From Anolis carolinensis (taxonomy: Eukaryota), in contig NC_085842.1 of NCBI RefSeq assembly GCF_035594765.1, positions 270,367,749 through 270,431,748 of the forward strand: a DNA stretch of 64,000 nt, given 5' to 3'. This document shows, in pieces, positions 13,651-27,950 of the stretch; positions within the stretch are counted from its first letter, which is position 1, and every line of letters starts with the position of its first letter. The position numbers and the translations under genes are program-made. The notes beneath the pieces are model-generated. The model saw only the letters and a list, made by a program, of their open reading frames with translations. It had not been told where the DNA came from and did not search any database.

Positions 13651-13794
13651 ATGATTCTGGGCAAGGCACATTCTCTCAACCTCAGAGGAAGGCAGAAGCT
13701 AACCCTGCCTAAACAAATATTTCTAAGAAAATCCCATAATAAGTTTGCCTTAAGGTAGCTATAAATTGGAAATGACTTGAAGACACACAGCCAC
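13651..13794 (+). mobile_element. CORE-type SINE fragment with RTE/Bov-B-like tail
   Basis: GGGCAAGGCACATTCTCTCAACCTCAGAGGAAGGCA (CORE-like), then AAGAAAATCCCAT...GACTTGAAGACACACA. Homologous to 56107-56626 and to the fragment at 3601-3652. Confidence 0.7.
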
Positions 13795-16700
13795 AAAAAA
13801 TCTAATGGAATATGCCTGCGGGTATAACAATATATACGATGTGCTGAGGAGACACTACCTTTTGAACTGAAAGCATTGCTGTAAGCACTTGACTTCTGCA
13901 ATATTTCTACTTACAGTAATACATATGTAAATGCAACTGTTAAATGAATGACATTGTATTTATACTAGTAGGATATTTCTACACTAGGTGTGTTCAGGCA
14001 TCTACATTTGACACTAAAATGAAATCAAGGCTACCTTCTAAAGAGGTATTAAGGTAACTTGCAGTTGTATATGTTACAGATCTTTAAAATTAAAAGCTGA
14101 TTTTTATAAAGGTGAAATGTAATTTTTTTTTACAATATACCAGATCAGCTGAATAACTGGAGCATTTTATAGAAAAATGGATTAATGTGTTCTTGTTGCA
14201 TTTCCTTAGAAGAATATATGGTCTAGTAGTATGCATTGTAGTCTATCTGTTGAAGCAATAGTGCCAGTTGTAGCCTTCAAGTCATTGCAGGTTCCATTGC
14301 TGGAAACATATCATCATCGTGAAGCAAGCTTGGGGGGGGGGATTTCTATTGTGCAACTTTCAGCTGGCTTCTGGCTGCTGTAGAATAAGTGACATTTATC
14401 TTTTCCACAAGAAGGAGTAGCCTGCTTTTTGGATTGTGTTAAGGAATAATTCGTTCACTTCAAAAAGACGCTATTAGTCAGCAGAGTTAAATGCAATAAA
14501 GCAGCTAAAACTAATGGGCTCAACACTCCGAAAAGCTATGTTGGAATGGGCTCCCAGGGTGTTGCCACTCTGAATGGTACCCTGAAGCAGAAAGGAAGTT
14601 CTGAACAGAGGACAACTTTTTTCTGAAGGAACTGACAGATGGGGAACAAGGATTAGCCTGACTTTCAAAAACAAAAAATAAAGGCTACAGTACTGTACCT
14701 GAGGAGCTACGGGAAGGGCATATGAACTTCTGAATGGGACTGAATGTTTTAACATTTAGGGTGGAGTGGTGGTTCTCCTGAAGTTTGCAGCTCCTATCAC
14801 ATCTCAAGTGAATTATTTGAGGGCCATGAATTACATTCCCCTGCCTTTCTGTAACTAGTTGAATTAATCATTCTAATGGATAGATAAAGTTTAGGCATGT
14901 GGTATATGTTCAGTTAATGTATAGTGTATAATGTGGACTTCCTTTAAATCGAGGACAATGTTATAACCTCCTCTGCTATATTTGGAATTTTAGTACAGCA
15001 ATTTATAGCATGAAATATATGAGAGAATAAAAAGTTTAACATGAGGAAAATATTTTATGCTTCTCCTGCAATGGACCCCTTGCCTATCCCAGAATATTCC
15101 CTTTCTAATGTCAGTACCTTTAATTCATCTTCTGAGATCTTATTCTTTTTATTTTAATAAACTGTATTATAATGTGCTCATGTGTTGCTGAATTAGATTG
15201 GTACCCCGATTTCTCCCTTTTTAAGGTGTTTCATTAAAGTTCTGTTGACACAAACTGTACTTGGAGCCAAAGATGTTTCTTTTCACACAGCTCTGAAAAC
15301 ATTGGATATCTGTCAGATTTCTTCCACCTAATTCATGTGACAATTTGGTTTTACCTATGAAATATAGCTTATAGCAATATATAACTTGTGGATTCCCCAG
15401 AATCCATTGTGGTAGAACTGGGGAGAGGGAATCCATAAATCCCTTTTGTGATCTCTTGTTTCTAGATAGTATTCTACTTTTCAAAAAGTATTTGCTGTCT
15501 TCCATTGCCATACATAAATTTCTCTTTCCATCCAAAAGGGACGATTTGTGCACTTAGACCTATGCTACATATAAATTTTCTAGGAAACTCCCAATTTCCT
15601 CTCAACTAGAGAATTAGCATAATTTCTATATTGCATATTTTTAGCAACCTTCTCTTCTCATGATTAGCGCTGAAGATTTTCAGGTTTGAAAAGTTTTATA
15701 GAAATAAAGCAAAAATAGGAAAAAAGTATGATGAAAAGGAAGCATTTTTCAAGTGCAATCATGTAAGAACTTTGGCATTAGGATTCTGCTGTTGTATATT
15801 TCAAGTTCTGACTTGGCAGGTAGCATGCCTGATTTTCACTAGATTTCATCTTTAGCTTACAAGTTGCCATTGATTTGGGATGTATGTGGATGCCTAAATC
15901 GCCACTAATGTGATGAGCTACCCCTCTTCTTAGAGTAACCAAATCCATTAGTTTAGCTCTCTTATGCGGCTCACTGAATATTTAAATTTTCCAGCCATGC
16001 ATGAGATAGCTAGTTGCATGGCATGGACACAGCATCCCATTAGGCATATCTATTCCATCAAGATTTATAGGATTGGCCTGAAAGTTTAGTCTTATAAATA
16101 TTCACCTTAGCCATGTTAAAGTTGCTAACATGAAATCAGGTCCAAAATGGCCAGGCTATCATTATTAAAAAGCCATGCAGTCTATGTTATAACTGATTAT
16201 ACCATTATGGAATGACACAAAGGATTTCCTTTTTCTAAAGTACCATAGCTTTTTCTACTTCTCAAGAGTAATATTTTTTATCTTAATTAGGTTCCATCTG
16301 CTATTCTCATCTTGAATTCTAAAGGTTATAGTTATTACTATATTCATAAAACCACTCAACTGTGTAAGAGAACTTCAACAACAATTTGAGAAGTAAGATC
16401 CTCCATTATGCCATATCCAGTGAACTATTTACAGCTAATGGAAAGAGGGTTGATTGCTGGCCACGTTGTTATATTGTCCTTTCCATTTTTTATCATCTTT
16501 GTAAAAAGGAGTGGCAGGGAAACTGCTCTCAATTTCAAAACCCTAGAACTATGATAATTTTAAAATTAAAATGTGAAAATTTCTGAAATGTCTCTTGTCA
16601 AAAAAAGTTCTTAGTAAGTTCATTGGTGGGTAAATTTGTACTGTGGGAAGATATGTTGGCTTTTTAAATCAATTACTAACCCATTTAAGGCCCTGGATAA

Positions 16701-19568
16701 GTATTGTAGTCCTTTAGCAATTATTCAGGAATAATGTTTTCCTTTCTGTTGATTCACAGGTGCATGGGAATATTCAGTTTATGTTTGTGCCAAACACTCC
16801 TTTGCCCTTAAGATTTTCCCCACCCACTTTCACTGTAGTATGGACATCAACTAGTCACCTTTAAGGGTTAAGGGGATTTTCTTTTAACCATACTATGTGG
16901 CTTAAAAAAAATGACTTAATAGATGTGTTGCTCTGTCTTGAAGTTTGTGGCTGTTTGCTGTTATGTCACCATGGTGGGGTAATTCAGCTCATTTCTATTT
17001 GAGATACTCTCCAGAGGAATAGAAAGCTGAAGGAGTCTTGGCTACAACCTACTTTCAGTGCCATTTGTCTCAAGGACTAAAAGGAGATGGTTCCTTGATT
17101 CAGTCTTGATGTCCGCCTCAAGAATATCAAAGGATGCCGGAGTGGGTGGGGAGGCAATTCCTACTTCCCTTACACAGCAATTAGACTAAGAATCACAGGG
17201 AATTTCCTTGCAAGTCAGAGCTATAGAACTTCTTACTTGGGGAAGTTTGGTTTTACCCATCTTTCACACACAAGTGCTTGCTCATCCCATTTGTTGCTAT
17301 ATCGCAAATTACTGTTTGCTAATAAAGTGACTGCCAGTTTTATCTCAACACTATTGTCCCGAATCACCATTTCTAATGAGAGGCCAATCAGGATGAGGTT
17401 GAGAAACAGTATGACAGGAAAATATAAGCTTACTTTGGATTTTTATTTGACTGAATAAAATACGTATATGATATATGAAGTTTGTTCAGGCAGATAGGAG
17501 TTGTGAATCCTTGTATCAATGAGATGCAAGACTAAAAGTACTGAGAAATATTTCTAGGACAAAGAGAAGTGCCATAGAGTACTTTAAGATAACATTAATT
17601 ATCTTTCAAATGGTCATTAGTAACACAAAATCATAGTCGTGTGATTTATGTGCAGAAAGGACAGGGTATGAATTAAACAAATGAACAAGCAATTCCTGTA
17701 TTCCTTGAAATAAAGTTAATGCATGTTTTTAAAGCCAGTCATCAGTGATGAGTACAAGTTTCATCCATTTAACCATCTCTGAAAGGTTAAAAGGGTAACT
17801 TGAAGGCACGTACACAGAGTCAAACCAGGTATTAAAACTTTGATAAAATTGAGAATGCATTTTATGGTGTTATTTCGCCTCTCCCAGCAAGTGTCTCTTT
17901 AAGATGAAAAGTTACTGAAAATTGTAGATGCATTTCAAGAGGATGTGGGCAATTCACCTTGTTTAAATACCATGAGAGTATTTTAGCTTAGCTTGTGGAG
18001 TGAACTTTCTAAAATCAGGAAGAATCCTGTTTAAATCCAGTAGTTAAATGAAATTTACATTTTGCTGATTCCCCCTGCTCTGAAGATAACATGGGAAACA
18101 TTTTGAATGGAAACATTTTTAATTTAAAAAGGGGGTGGTTGGGGCTTAACAACAATCTGCAGGACACATGCATTCCACCTCTGATATATTGGCTCTGGTT
18201 TGTTGGTTAAGGAGCACCTGTTCAAACAATTTCTATCATTCTTAGAAAACCTATCTGTTATTGGGATTTCACTGTTTTATCATTAGATGAGGTATAAGAT
18301 AGAATATGACATTCAACAGCTCTTTGACTGTTGCTGAATGGAAGAATACACCATACGTCTGTCTTTATGGTTGAAGGGGAAAGGATTGCAGAATAATTCA
18401 ATGTGCTAAATATTTGATATAGCCATATGATGAATAAAACTATTTTTTGTATTTCATTTTAGCTGTAATGCTCTGATTTCAGTTACTGGTTACGTTTACT
18501 TTTGGTCACTCAACAGAGATTTGTTGGAACAGTATATGTTGGAGTAAAGATAACATCACACTTGATAGAGATGCAGGATGCTGACATTTGACACTGGGTT
18601 ATAAATGTGTTCCCATCAGTGTCTTGTATTCTCGTTTCCCCTAGGCATTTCAAAAACCCTGTGCTTCTCAAAGCTTTTTAGGATTTAAGGAAGAAATCCA
18701 TCTTGGAAAGAGATCAAATTCTTGGTTATTGCACTGAAATGTGGTCCTTTGAGCAAAGACAGCATAACAGTTCTTATCAGTGATATATTAGAGATAGCAC
18801 AATGTAAGTCATGCCAAAATGCATATGTTTGGCAGAACCAACACAACCTTATTTGAGCATAACCTTTGAACAATCATGTTCTTATCATGTAACCCTTCTT
18901 TTTTCCTAGGATTAGCGAAATTTATCAGTGTTGGTTTTTTTTTACAGAACAAGAAATACCCCTGTTATTATAGGAACATGTATGTGTGTGTGTATAGCAT
19001 GGTTTCAGCCAGAACTGGACAGGAATACCACCTTTCTCTTATATTAATTTATTTATTGCATCTATTCTTCTCTATTGATTTTTGCTCTCTTCGCCTTCTA
19101 TATCTGCCCTCTTCCTATACTTATCTTTTCACACAAACAGAAACCCAAGCTATGGATACGTATCTCAAACATCACTTTTACCCTCTTCTCATTTTCTCTA
19201 TTCCAGACCTAATTTTCTACCTCAATTTGCACACTTTTCGTCCATTAGCATCTTTCAAATTACAGATAATTTCCATTTTCCCATCCCCGTCATAATGTGA
19301 TCTGTTCCTGTTTCTCCACCAGCAGCTCATATTCCTTCCCTTCTTTACTAGAAGGAAGACATCTTTCCTTGCATTCTCCAGTACAGAAGGAAGGTGAGCT
19401 GTTGAAAGAGAAGGGGGTTGATTTTTTTCTTTTCATTGTTGCTTTGATTTTTGAAAAGGGGTGGAAAGAATAATAGAATTCTAGCCGGGAAGGAAAAGCG
19501 GAAACTTGACAGAAAAGTTTGGTAGTGGTGGCACTGTGGTCTATATATTGGGCATATATGTTATATGG

Positions 19569-19691
19569 CAGTGGTCCGTAACCTGTGAGTCCCTGATGTT
19601 TTGGCTTTCAACACCCAGAAATCCTAACAGCTGGTAAACTGGCTGGGATTTCTGGGAGTTGTAGGCTAAAACACCAGGTTGAGGACCACTA
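19569..19691. mobile_element. Short hAT-type MITE, degenerate
   Basis: Ends CAGTGGTCC.TAACCTG / CAGGTTGAGGACCACT, with internal inverted CCCAGAAATCC / GGGATTTCTGGG. Similar to the 33829 element. TSD not preserved. Confidence 0.75.
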
Positions 19692-21287
19692 TTAAACAAT
19701 TGTTTATGGTAGGCAAATAGTATATAGTATATATTTGAATTAAGACAAATTTTCAAACTCCTAACTATAGAACTTTAGTTTGAATACTTAGAGCATGATC
19801 ATATACAGTCTGCTCAGAAGTGAATGGGGTTTACTTACAGGGATGGAATTAGTATGGAGCTGCAACCTTAATCTGTAATCATGTAAACTTAAATGGTAGA
19901 CTTACTTGATGTAGGTAAGACTGGCTTTTAAGTAGATAAAAGATTGCATTGCCAATCAAATCAGAATAAACAGTAATGATTTTTCTTGTGCATATGAAAG
20001 AATGCTGATTCATATTTGGTCTATACCCCTAGACAGTGGATTGGTGTTAAATGATCCTGCTTTCTATTGAAACTGAAGCACTTTCTCAGTTGGAAAAAAT
20101 CAACTAAATTACCAGACATAATTGATCATGAAACCTTGGTTTCTCTGTCTTCCAGGTTAATGCTCACCATGAGAATATAAGAGAAGATATATTTTTCCCT
20201 TCTTCAAATCTCATCTTTTCTCATACCTGTTAACATCTTTCTCCCTTCTGTTTTGTGGATACGAACAGTTGCCAAATAGCTTTTGTGCAGGATAATATAT
20301 TTAGAAACCAATTGCCATTCAAGATTTTAACTGCTTCCCATCTCTTTCCATGGCTTGAGCAAACGGAAAACAAATACGACACAGTTATTTTTCCAAGCTT
20401 CATGAGCACATAATATATAGTTTTTAATAATAACTTCTGCCATACAGCATAAACTAGTTTTGGAGCGAAGACAACTGATGAAACTTGGCTTTGCAGTAAA
20501 CATGGCTTGAGCAGAATCAGCCAATTTCAAGGCAGATTAGTGTCAGTACAGTGTAACTGGCTAAGGGGGAAATGAATATTAAGGAGAATTTGAACGTCAG
20601 TTCAGGAAAAAGAATATTTGCACGTGGTCACTTCTTACTGGATGCAAAAACTTTTTATACAATACCATTTTGTCTCATGAATCTTGATTCTTAAATAATT
20701 GCAAGCACAGTGTGACATGTTGAAAGCCTCTCCAATGTGGCATGGATTCTCAAAGAATATAATAGTAGCTTTTTCCATGACACATTTCACCACAGTAGCA
20801 CAAGCAAGTTTGCTTTTTAAAATCCTCTTTTCTGTATGATTAAGTAGTAAAAACATCATGCTTTTTATTTTTAAAATGGAGGCTTCAACATACCTAAAGA
20901 AAAAAGTTCTTGGTGACTTCTCTCTCTTTATTATTATCACATGCAAATATCTTACATTCATTAGTCATCCTACCATTTGATTATTGTCCTAAAAGGCGGG
21001 AAGAATTCATCTCAAAGGGAAAGAAGGGAACTAGTTCATTAATTCTTAAAGCTGCCAATATTGCCCTTAAATATGTTCTAATATAATTCTAGAAGAATCC
21101 TAGATGTCACAACACTAAATATCTAAAATTCAATATTGAGCTTTAAAATTTTGAAATATGTACACATAGACTTGCATGCATGTAGATTCTCATCTTCTAA
21201 AGCTGCTGACTATTAAAGCTTGATGATGATGATATTTATTTCTTACCCACCTTTCTGCATTCTTTTTAATGCTTCATATGGAAAATA

Positions 21288-21617
21288 TGAGCCTCCGGTG
21301 GCTCAGTGTGTTAAAGTGCTGAGCTGCTGAACTTGCAGACCGAAAGGTCCCAGGTTCAAACCCGGGGAGTGGAGTGAGCGCCCGCTGTTAGCTCCAGCTT
21401 CTGCCAACCTAGCAGTTAGAAAACATGCAAATGTGAGTAGATCAATAGGTACCGCTCCGGCGGGGAGGTCATGGCGTTCCATGCAGTCATGCCGGCCACA
21501 TGACCTTGGAGGTGTCTATGGACAACGCTGGCTCTTCGGCTTAGAAATGGAGATGAACACCAAAACCCAGAGTTGGACACGACTGGACTTAACGTCAGGG
21601 GAAACCTTTACCTACTT
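21288..21617 (+). mobile_element. Sauria SINE, full length
   Basis: tRNA-like head (GGTGGCTCAGTG A box, GGTTCAAACCC B box), body TGTGAGTAGATCAATAGGTACC, tail GACACGACT...ACCTTTACC. 11-bp TSD TATGGAAAATA at 21277-21287 and 21618-21628. Confidence 0.95.
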
Positions 21618-22189
21618 TATGGAAAATAGAGAATGGGGGAACACTATCAATAGCAATTCCTTGCCTTTGCATAATAATCTATAGGTATCAGTGCCCAATT
21701 ACGTTCAGTAACAGCCTGCCAATACAATTATTCAGCCTTGATTATATGCAGCAGACAAAAAAGAAATCCATCAAATTGATTACCACTTTCAAAGCTGAAT
21801 AATACTTGAAGGCTATGTGCATGGATGATGAAGGCAGGCATAGTGAGTAGTGAACTGCTCATGTGACTAGCACTGAGAAAATGGAATAATAATTGTTGAG
21901 ACTATTCTGACTGCATCTTTTCCTTTAAGGATAAGATGTAGGTGAGAACTCCATAGCTGTAATGTTCACTTAGAGTAGTATGGAATATACTTTTGTCAAG
22001 CACAAATCCCTTTTCCTTGTCCTTTGGACAAGAACGCAACCTATGCATTCTGAAAAACTTATTTATAGCCATGACTTTCTGCTGCATAACCATTTGGGGA
22101 AAAATAGACAAATTTGTTTCATAATCCAGATAATTTTTTACTATCACTACTATTAGTGGTAATAATATTACCACTACTGCAAGACTGAG

Positions 22190-23010
22190 ATATTTCTTAT
22201 CTGAATGGCTTACAAAGCACCAGATTGACCAACACCAGAAAAGACTTGAACAAAGAAGATAAATAACTACATCAAAACATATCCAGTTCCATGTCCAAAC
22301 TGTTTTTGACTAATTCTACTAGTGAAAGGTAATCCATGCTATGGAGACTGCTTCAGCCTTCAGTGAAAAAACTTAATAAAAGGAAAACTCACATAGCAAA
22401 CTTGCCTCCTATCCGTTATAAACTAGACATTATTACTCAGAGCAGAGCAATCACCTACCAACGGCATTCCCATCCTGTCTAAGTTAAATGGCCTTCATCT
22501 AGTCTAGAACAGAGCTCAGGGACCAGTTGAACTCTTTCACCTGAATCATTTATAAAGGGGAAGTAGAGGTGGATGACATCAGCATATTGATAATTCCCCA
22601 TTCCAGATCTCTACATGACCTTCCTCAATGATATCATGTATAGATTAAACTTCACATGAGGGTGGGGAGGAGGAGAGTGTGTATAAAATAACATAGCAAA
22701 AAAGCCAGAGAGCTACCTAATAATGCTGTTGTCAGCACCATTTGGATTTGACCATCAAAGTAAAGAAAGCAAGGGAAATAGTGCAACCTATGCAAGGATA
22801 CCATGATTGGTAGAACTGAAAATGAAATAAAAACCCAGGTGAATTAACAGGGCTGTCTTCTCATTTTCCTGAGAAGACCATACCATAAATAAGAGGAACC
22901 AAAGTAGTTCTAGACCAAGAGTGAGCTTCAAGACAAAATCCTGTGACTTCAAGGCAACTGCCTGCTTGAGCACCTTGTCCATAAAAAGAATATTAATGGC
23001 CATCACACAT
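22190..23010 (-). mobile_element. Highly decayed L2 reverse-transcriptase remnant
   Basis: Minus strand near 22560-22650 reads FNLYMISLRKVM*RSGMGNYQYADVIHLYF (L2 FNIYM...QYADDTQLY). ORF 22788-23006 contains DKVLKQAVA and LLIHL...TNHGIL, resembling earlier RT motifs. Boundaries approximate. Confidence 0.65.
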
Positions 23011-24429
23011 TTCTATTAATACCTGTATGCTTTTTCATTATTCCTTGGCCACAACTGAACACAATTAGTGCGTGTATCTTTGATAGAAAAGGGCCCAATG
23101 AGAGGAAGACCATAGTTGTCTGCTTTCTGTTTCTTCATTATTTTTGGGGAAAAATTGAAGATATGTTTACACTTCTTCTTATGCAGTAGATATAACATGT
23201 TTTCATGCATGATGTGATAGCAGCATTACAGAGATGAGTCTAGATGAAGTACAAGGTTATTTAGAGGCCTATTCTCAAAATGGATTTATTTTTAATCTTG
23301 ATCTTTTATACCTCAAGTTCATAGATCCTGTAAGCACCTGTAAGCAGTAGGACCTTCTCTTTGAAACAGAGAGCGTTTTTTAAAAAGAGGAGAAGTGGTG
23401 GCAGAGGAATTTTTCTGGATGGATAATTGAATATTGTGTCTCATAATGAGAGGGGAAGTGACAATGTTCTTTAAGCAAATTCTGCTTCAAAAGTGCAATT
23501 CTTTGCTTTGTTGAGATTAATGCATGTTTTAGAACAGTCTTTTTGCTTACATTCAAACTGTCTTGATTATTTTTTGAGCTTTCAGAATAACAACAAAGGT
23601 ATTCAGTCTCGGATCTGACCTGCACTCCAGGAAGACACAGTAGATGAGAGATTGCTTTTTTTTTTTTTTACATCTATAATACAATCCCTATCGACTTTCG
23701 TGCAGCTATGATTTTTGTCTAAGTATTTTTTACAAGTTGTTTTGAAGCTGCCTCATATTGCTACTTTGAAGTCTCTGGCAGAACTTCAAAAGAGTGAATA
23801 TCTCCAAGTTATTAAGTGGTTTGTGACATCTGTCCATTTGCTTTCTTAATATATTGATAATTTTTTCCTCAGTCTTCTTGGACTTTTGTTGCAATTAGGC
23901 TGTATGTCTTGTTGCAGAATTTGAATTATTTTGGCTTAAACAAAGCTACCACCTCTGTTATTAGGGAGATAAATCTTTCAATAAATAATATTTGTGGAAC
24001 ATAGCTAAAATAGAAATTGGGGCAATTATTAACTCAACCTGAACAAATTTGCTAATTATTAACAGAATTCACTTAATTGCGTTTCATATAGCTTGTCTCT
24101 CTCTGTGTGCATGTGTGTACTTGAAAATATTTTATCTTACACATGAGCAGGATAAGAAACACTTATCAAATATTATTAAGAATATTATTGTTACACTGTT
24201 ACAAATGTTTAGAAGTGTGTAGGATAAAAACATTTTGAGGACAAAGAAAGTAAGAGCAATGATTTTAGGGGAAATATTCTGGTCAAAAGCAGTGGAAAAA
24301 TATGTAATGCATGTTACCTTGTGAACCTGCTTACAAATGTTAGTGGTGATTTGACAGAAGGATAACATTCGTAATGTTCTGAATTACAGTTATTTGGTGA
24401 TCAATATTTTTTCATGTCACTATCTTTAA

Positions 24430-24739
24430 CAGAGTGACCCCCTTAGCTCAACGTTGGGGGTCACAAAAATTTGGCAACAGTAAAGGTTTCTGAACACCAC
24501 CCGTTTATACAAATCTATTACCAACAATGTGCAGTGTATACAGTGGACTCTGCATAAAACACTTCAGCAATACTTCACAAAAAGGAAAAACCAGCCTGTT
24601 TAACAAAGCCTTACAAATGCTGATTTATTATCAGTAAGTGTTTGATTTTATATCTGTTTTACAGATCTATATACCTGGGTCATATATAAATTTCTTGGGC
24701 AGAATGGGGTCATGAGTGGAAAAAGTTTAAGAAGCCCTG
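24430..24739. mobile_element. Partial non-autonomous hAT element (one end only)
   Basis: Ends GGGGTCATGAGTGGAAAAAGTTTAAGAAGCCCTG, a Charlie-type terminus. GGGGGTCAC subterminal motif near 24455. The matching TIR was not found. Confidence 0.55.
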
Positions 24740-25335
24740 CTCTCGACTATAGTGCCCACATTTCCAGTATTCTGAAATGCCAGCTGACATACTTGGCTAA
24801 GAAAAAGCATAAGGCTGTTTATAATTCCATTCTAGGGGCTTGTCTACACTGATGAAAAAACGTTTTGGCACTGATTTTTTTCCAATCAGCATGGACCCTC
24901 TTTTGACTCTGCTAATGCCATACACTTAAGCATCACAGTGAGATCGCCATAACCAGCCATACAGTAAACTCATCTTTCTGGTAGGGGATGGTTCCAATTT
25001 CTAATGCTTCACTATTTTCAGACACACAATCAGTGACACTCTTCTTTTTGCCTGCTAACATGCATTCAAATAAACATATTTTTGTTAATAGAGGTGTACT
25101 ATTGCTAATATACACAACTATTCTTTTTTAAAACATCAACCTGAGAAATAGCCATTTCATGGAGAGAATACTCCTTCCCCACCAGCCAGTTCTGTGCTAA
25201 GTCCTTCCCTCAAGAGCGCAGTGAAGGGATGTCACCAGGAGCTATCGCCACATGTGTAAATGCCTGGAATTTCAGTAAACACATATACCTCTGGATAAAA
25301 AGCAAAGGTTTTTGAGTGTTTTAAATTGTAAAGAA

Positions 25336-25714
25336 CCTCATTGCAAATGATTTATCATAGATCCAAACCCCTACGGATGAGTATGATTTTTAAGTTGATG
25401 TGGACAAGTCCTATGAGACCATTATTATGTTGTATTATTATTAGGTTCCTTTCATCGGGGTATTTTAATCTAATGATTTTATCTTATATTGCTGCTATAG
25501 CCCCCCCCCCACCTTTGAAGTTGACGGATTTGTATTGGTGGTTGTTTGATATTATTACTATTGTATAAACCTTTGTTTTAACTTCTGTTAAAACAAAGTA
25601 CATCTTCTTGTGTTTTAAACTGTGTATATTGTTTAATGTATTTGTGCTGTTACTTTTGTAACGTTGTGAGCCGCCCCGAGTCCCCATGGGGAGATGGTGG
25701 CGGGGTATAAATAA

Positions 25715-25756
<42 letters not shown>
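25336..25756 (+). mobile_element. L2-type LINE 3' UTR fragment with (ATT)n tail
   Basis: Terminal stem-loop GTGAGCCGCCCCGAGTCCCC...GGGGAGATGGTGGCGGGGTATAAATAAA followed by (TTA)n. Possible TSD ATTGTAAAGAA / ATTGTGAAGAA. 5' boundary uncertain. Confidence 0.75.
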
Positions 25757-26869
25757 GTGAAGAAGAGGTGGGATGCAGCTTCTGTAGGTACATATTATTG
25801 TTGACAATAAAAATAACTTGCATATTTAAAAATATTAATAATAAAAACGTTTGCAAATGGTTTTCATTGAGTTGGCCCTAATATTAAATGATTTTCCAAA
25901 CCGTTTTAATGTAATTGATTTAACTCTTGCATGATGAGCATAATATTGACACCCTTAAAATAATGGATAAAGTAAGTTTAACTTCTCATGATGGTAATTC
26001 CATACAGTTTTGATTCAATGATTATAAAAGGTGATATGTTCTTAATGAGAAGATGTTTATGTCTTAGCTTTCCTTAACATGCGGGAGTAACCTCTGCTTT
26101 GCTTACAATCTAAGCTAAATGTGCACTAGCTGTGTATTTCTCCTGACTTTGGGTCCTGTGTGGGTGAGTCAAGGTGATTGGGTTGTGTTTGGTTTAACAG
26201 ATTAGAAGTTGTGCAGTTCTGTTTGAAAGGCTTCATATCTGTTTCATATTGTTTCTTCAACAACAGAAACTGAAATTTTCTGTATAAGACCATGTTTGTT
26301 TTAATCAGAGTGAGAGCGCTTCAAGTGTAGAACAGCTAGAAAAGGAGACCTGGGGACTATTTCTGATCATGGTTTATTGTCCTCCTTTGAAAGCACAGAA
26401 GACTTTTTATCTCCCATTCTCTCTCCCCCCCCCCCTTTAAGATGTTCATTCTTATGCCATAGATTTAGGAAACGAAGCTGTTTAGAAAGTGGATTATCTC
26501 CATGGGTAGTTGTACTCACACAAGCATGAATTTCTTCAAAGAGTGAATTCTGTGGCATGATCCATACTTAAAACCTGCCTTGTGAGTGGATCCTTGAAAC
26601 ACAACTGGGTAAGCCATTTACTGAAGTGGCTTTACCCAGTTTTGGTATTTTAAACTAATGGCATCACAGTTCATGAAAACAATGAGCACTTTTGTTCTTG
26701 TTTCTCACACTAGAACTTGTACCTGAAAGTTTATAGCAAGGATTCTTACAATAATGAGGTCTATTCAGTGAAATGAAGAAGCAAATTAATACTGATACTC
26801 CAGGACCAGCCCCAAAGAGAAAAATATAACAGAATACAGGGAATGAATGGGTCCAGATTCTGAGCATAT

Positions 26870-27220
26870 GAGAATACTTAACAAATACAAATAATGAAAT
26901 TGCGGATCTTCAGACTCAGCCAACAAGAGAATGGCCTGCTTAATCCTAGCTTTAAAAGGGTATTAGGTGTGTGTAAGAGATTGAGAAGATTACAAGCCAA
27001 TTAGATTAACATCTGTTTCAAGTAAATTGATGGAAGGCATTATTAAAGATAAAATAGCAAGCATATAGAAAAGCAAGGCTGGAAGAAAAAGAATCTGCAT
27101 GGCTTCTTCAAAGGCAGACCCCTTTTCACTAACATTTTAGAGTTTCGATGCACACATGGGCAGGGGTGATCTAACTAACATTTTTTTTCCCCTTGAACTT
27201 TTGGAAGACTTTTGACAAAA
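26870..27220 (+). mobile_element. Decayed CR1 LINE reverse-transcriptase fragment
   Basis: Translates DYKPIRLTSVSSKLMEGIIKDKI...NLHGFFKGR...TNILEF...KTFDK (CR1 RT motifs NYRPVSLTS, QHGF, KAFD) across frameshifts. Confidence 0.75.
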
Positions 27221-27617
27221 CAAACCGGAGACATGAATAAGGGTAGCAGTTCTTTTACATATTGGAAGCAGGTTTAATCTGTTTTCTAATTCGCAAATAT
27301 GGGTTAGGCGTGTTCTTGTTGTGTATTTCCTTTCCAGATTTACTCCAGGGTTTTTGACAGCCAGAAGAATGATCATCTAAGCTAAATAGTTTGATTCTGT
27401 CCCCTTTTACACTAGTTTGACTAGTGGATCAGGGACAAGATGCATTTTCTCATGAAATCATGTCAGGTTTACTATGGCTGTTTCCCAGCCTGAGAATGGT
27501 CAGAGCTTTGTACCAGGAGGTGGGAATTTTACCCACTGAGCTCTAGGCCAGCACAGTGAAAGTTTTTGTAATGGAAAACCCTTCCTTACTTGTGCCATAT
27601 CCCTACGTAGAGGCATA

Positions 27618-27950
27618 GGTAAAGGTAAAGGTTTTCCCCTGACATTAAGTCTAGTCGTGTCTGACTCTGGGGGTTAGTGCTCATCTCCATTTCTATGCCA
27701 AAGAGCTGGCGTTGTCCATAGACATCTCCGAGGTCATGTAGCCGGCATTATGGCATGGAGCACAGTTATCTTGCCGCTGGAGCTGTACCTATTGATCTAC
27801 TCACATTTGCATTTTTTTTGAACTGCTTGGTTGGCAGAAGCTGGGGCTAACAGCGGGAGCTCACTCTGCTCTCCGGATTCGAACCACCAATCTTTTGGTC
27901 CACAAGTTCAGTAGGTCAGTGGTTTAATCCACTGCGCCTCTGGGGGCGCC
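27618..27950 (-). mobile_element. Sauria SINE, full length
   Basis: Reverse complement of the 21288 element with (GGTAAA)n tail. TSD GTAGAGGCATA / GTAAAGGCATA (27607-27617, 27953-27963). Confidence 0.95.

Noticed and set aside
15910-15978. C/D-box snoRNA-like spacing (GTGATGA...CTGA)
   Set aside because: No convincing terminal stem or recognisable rRNA-antisense guide, and the motifs are short enough to arise by chance.
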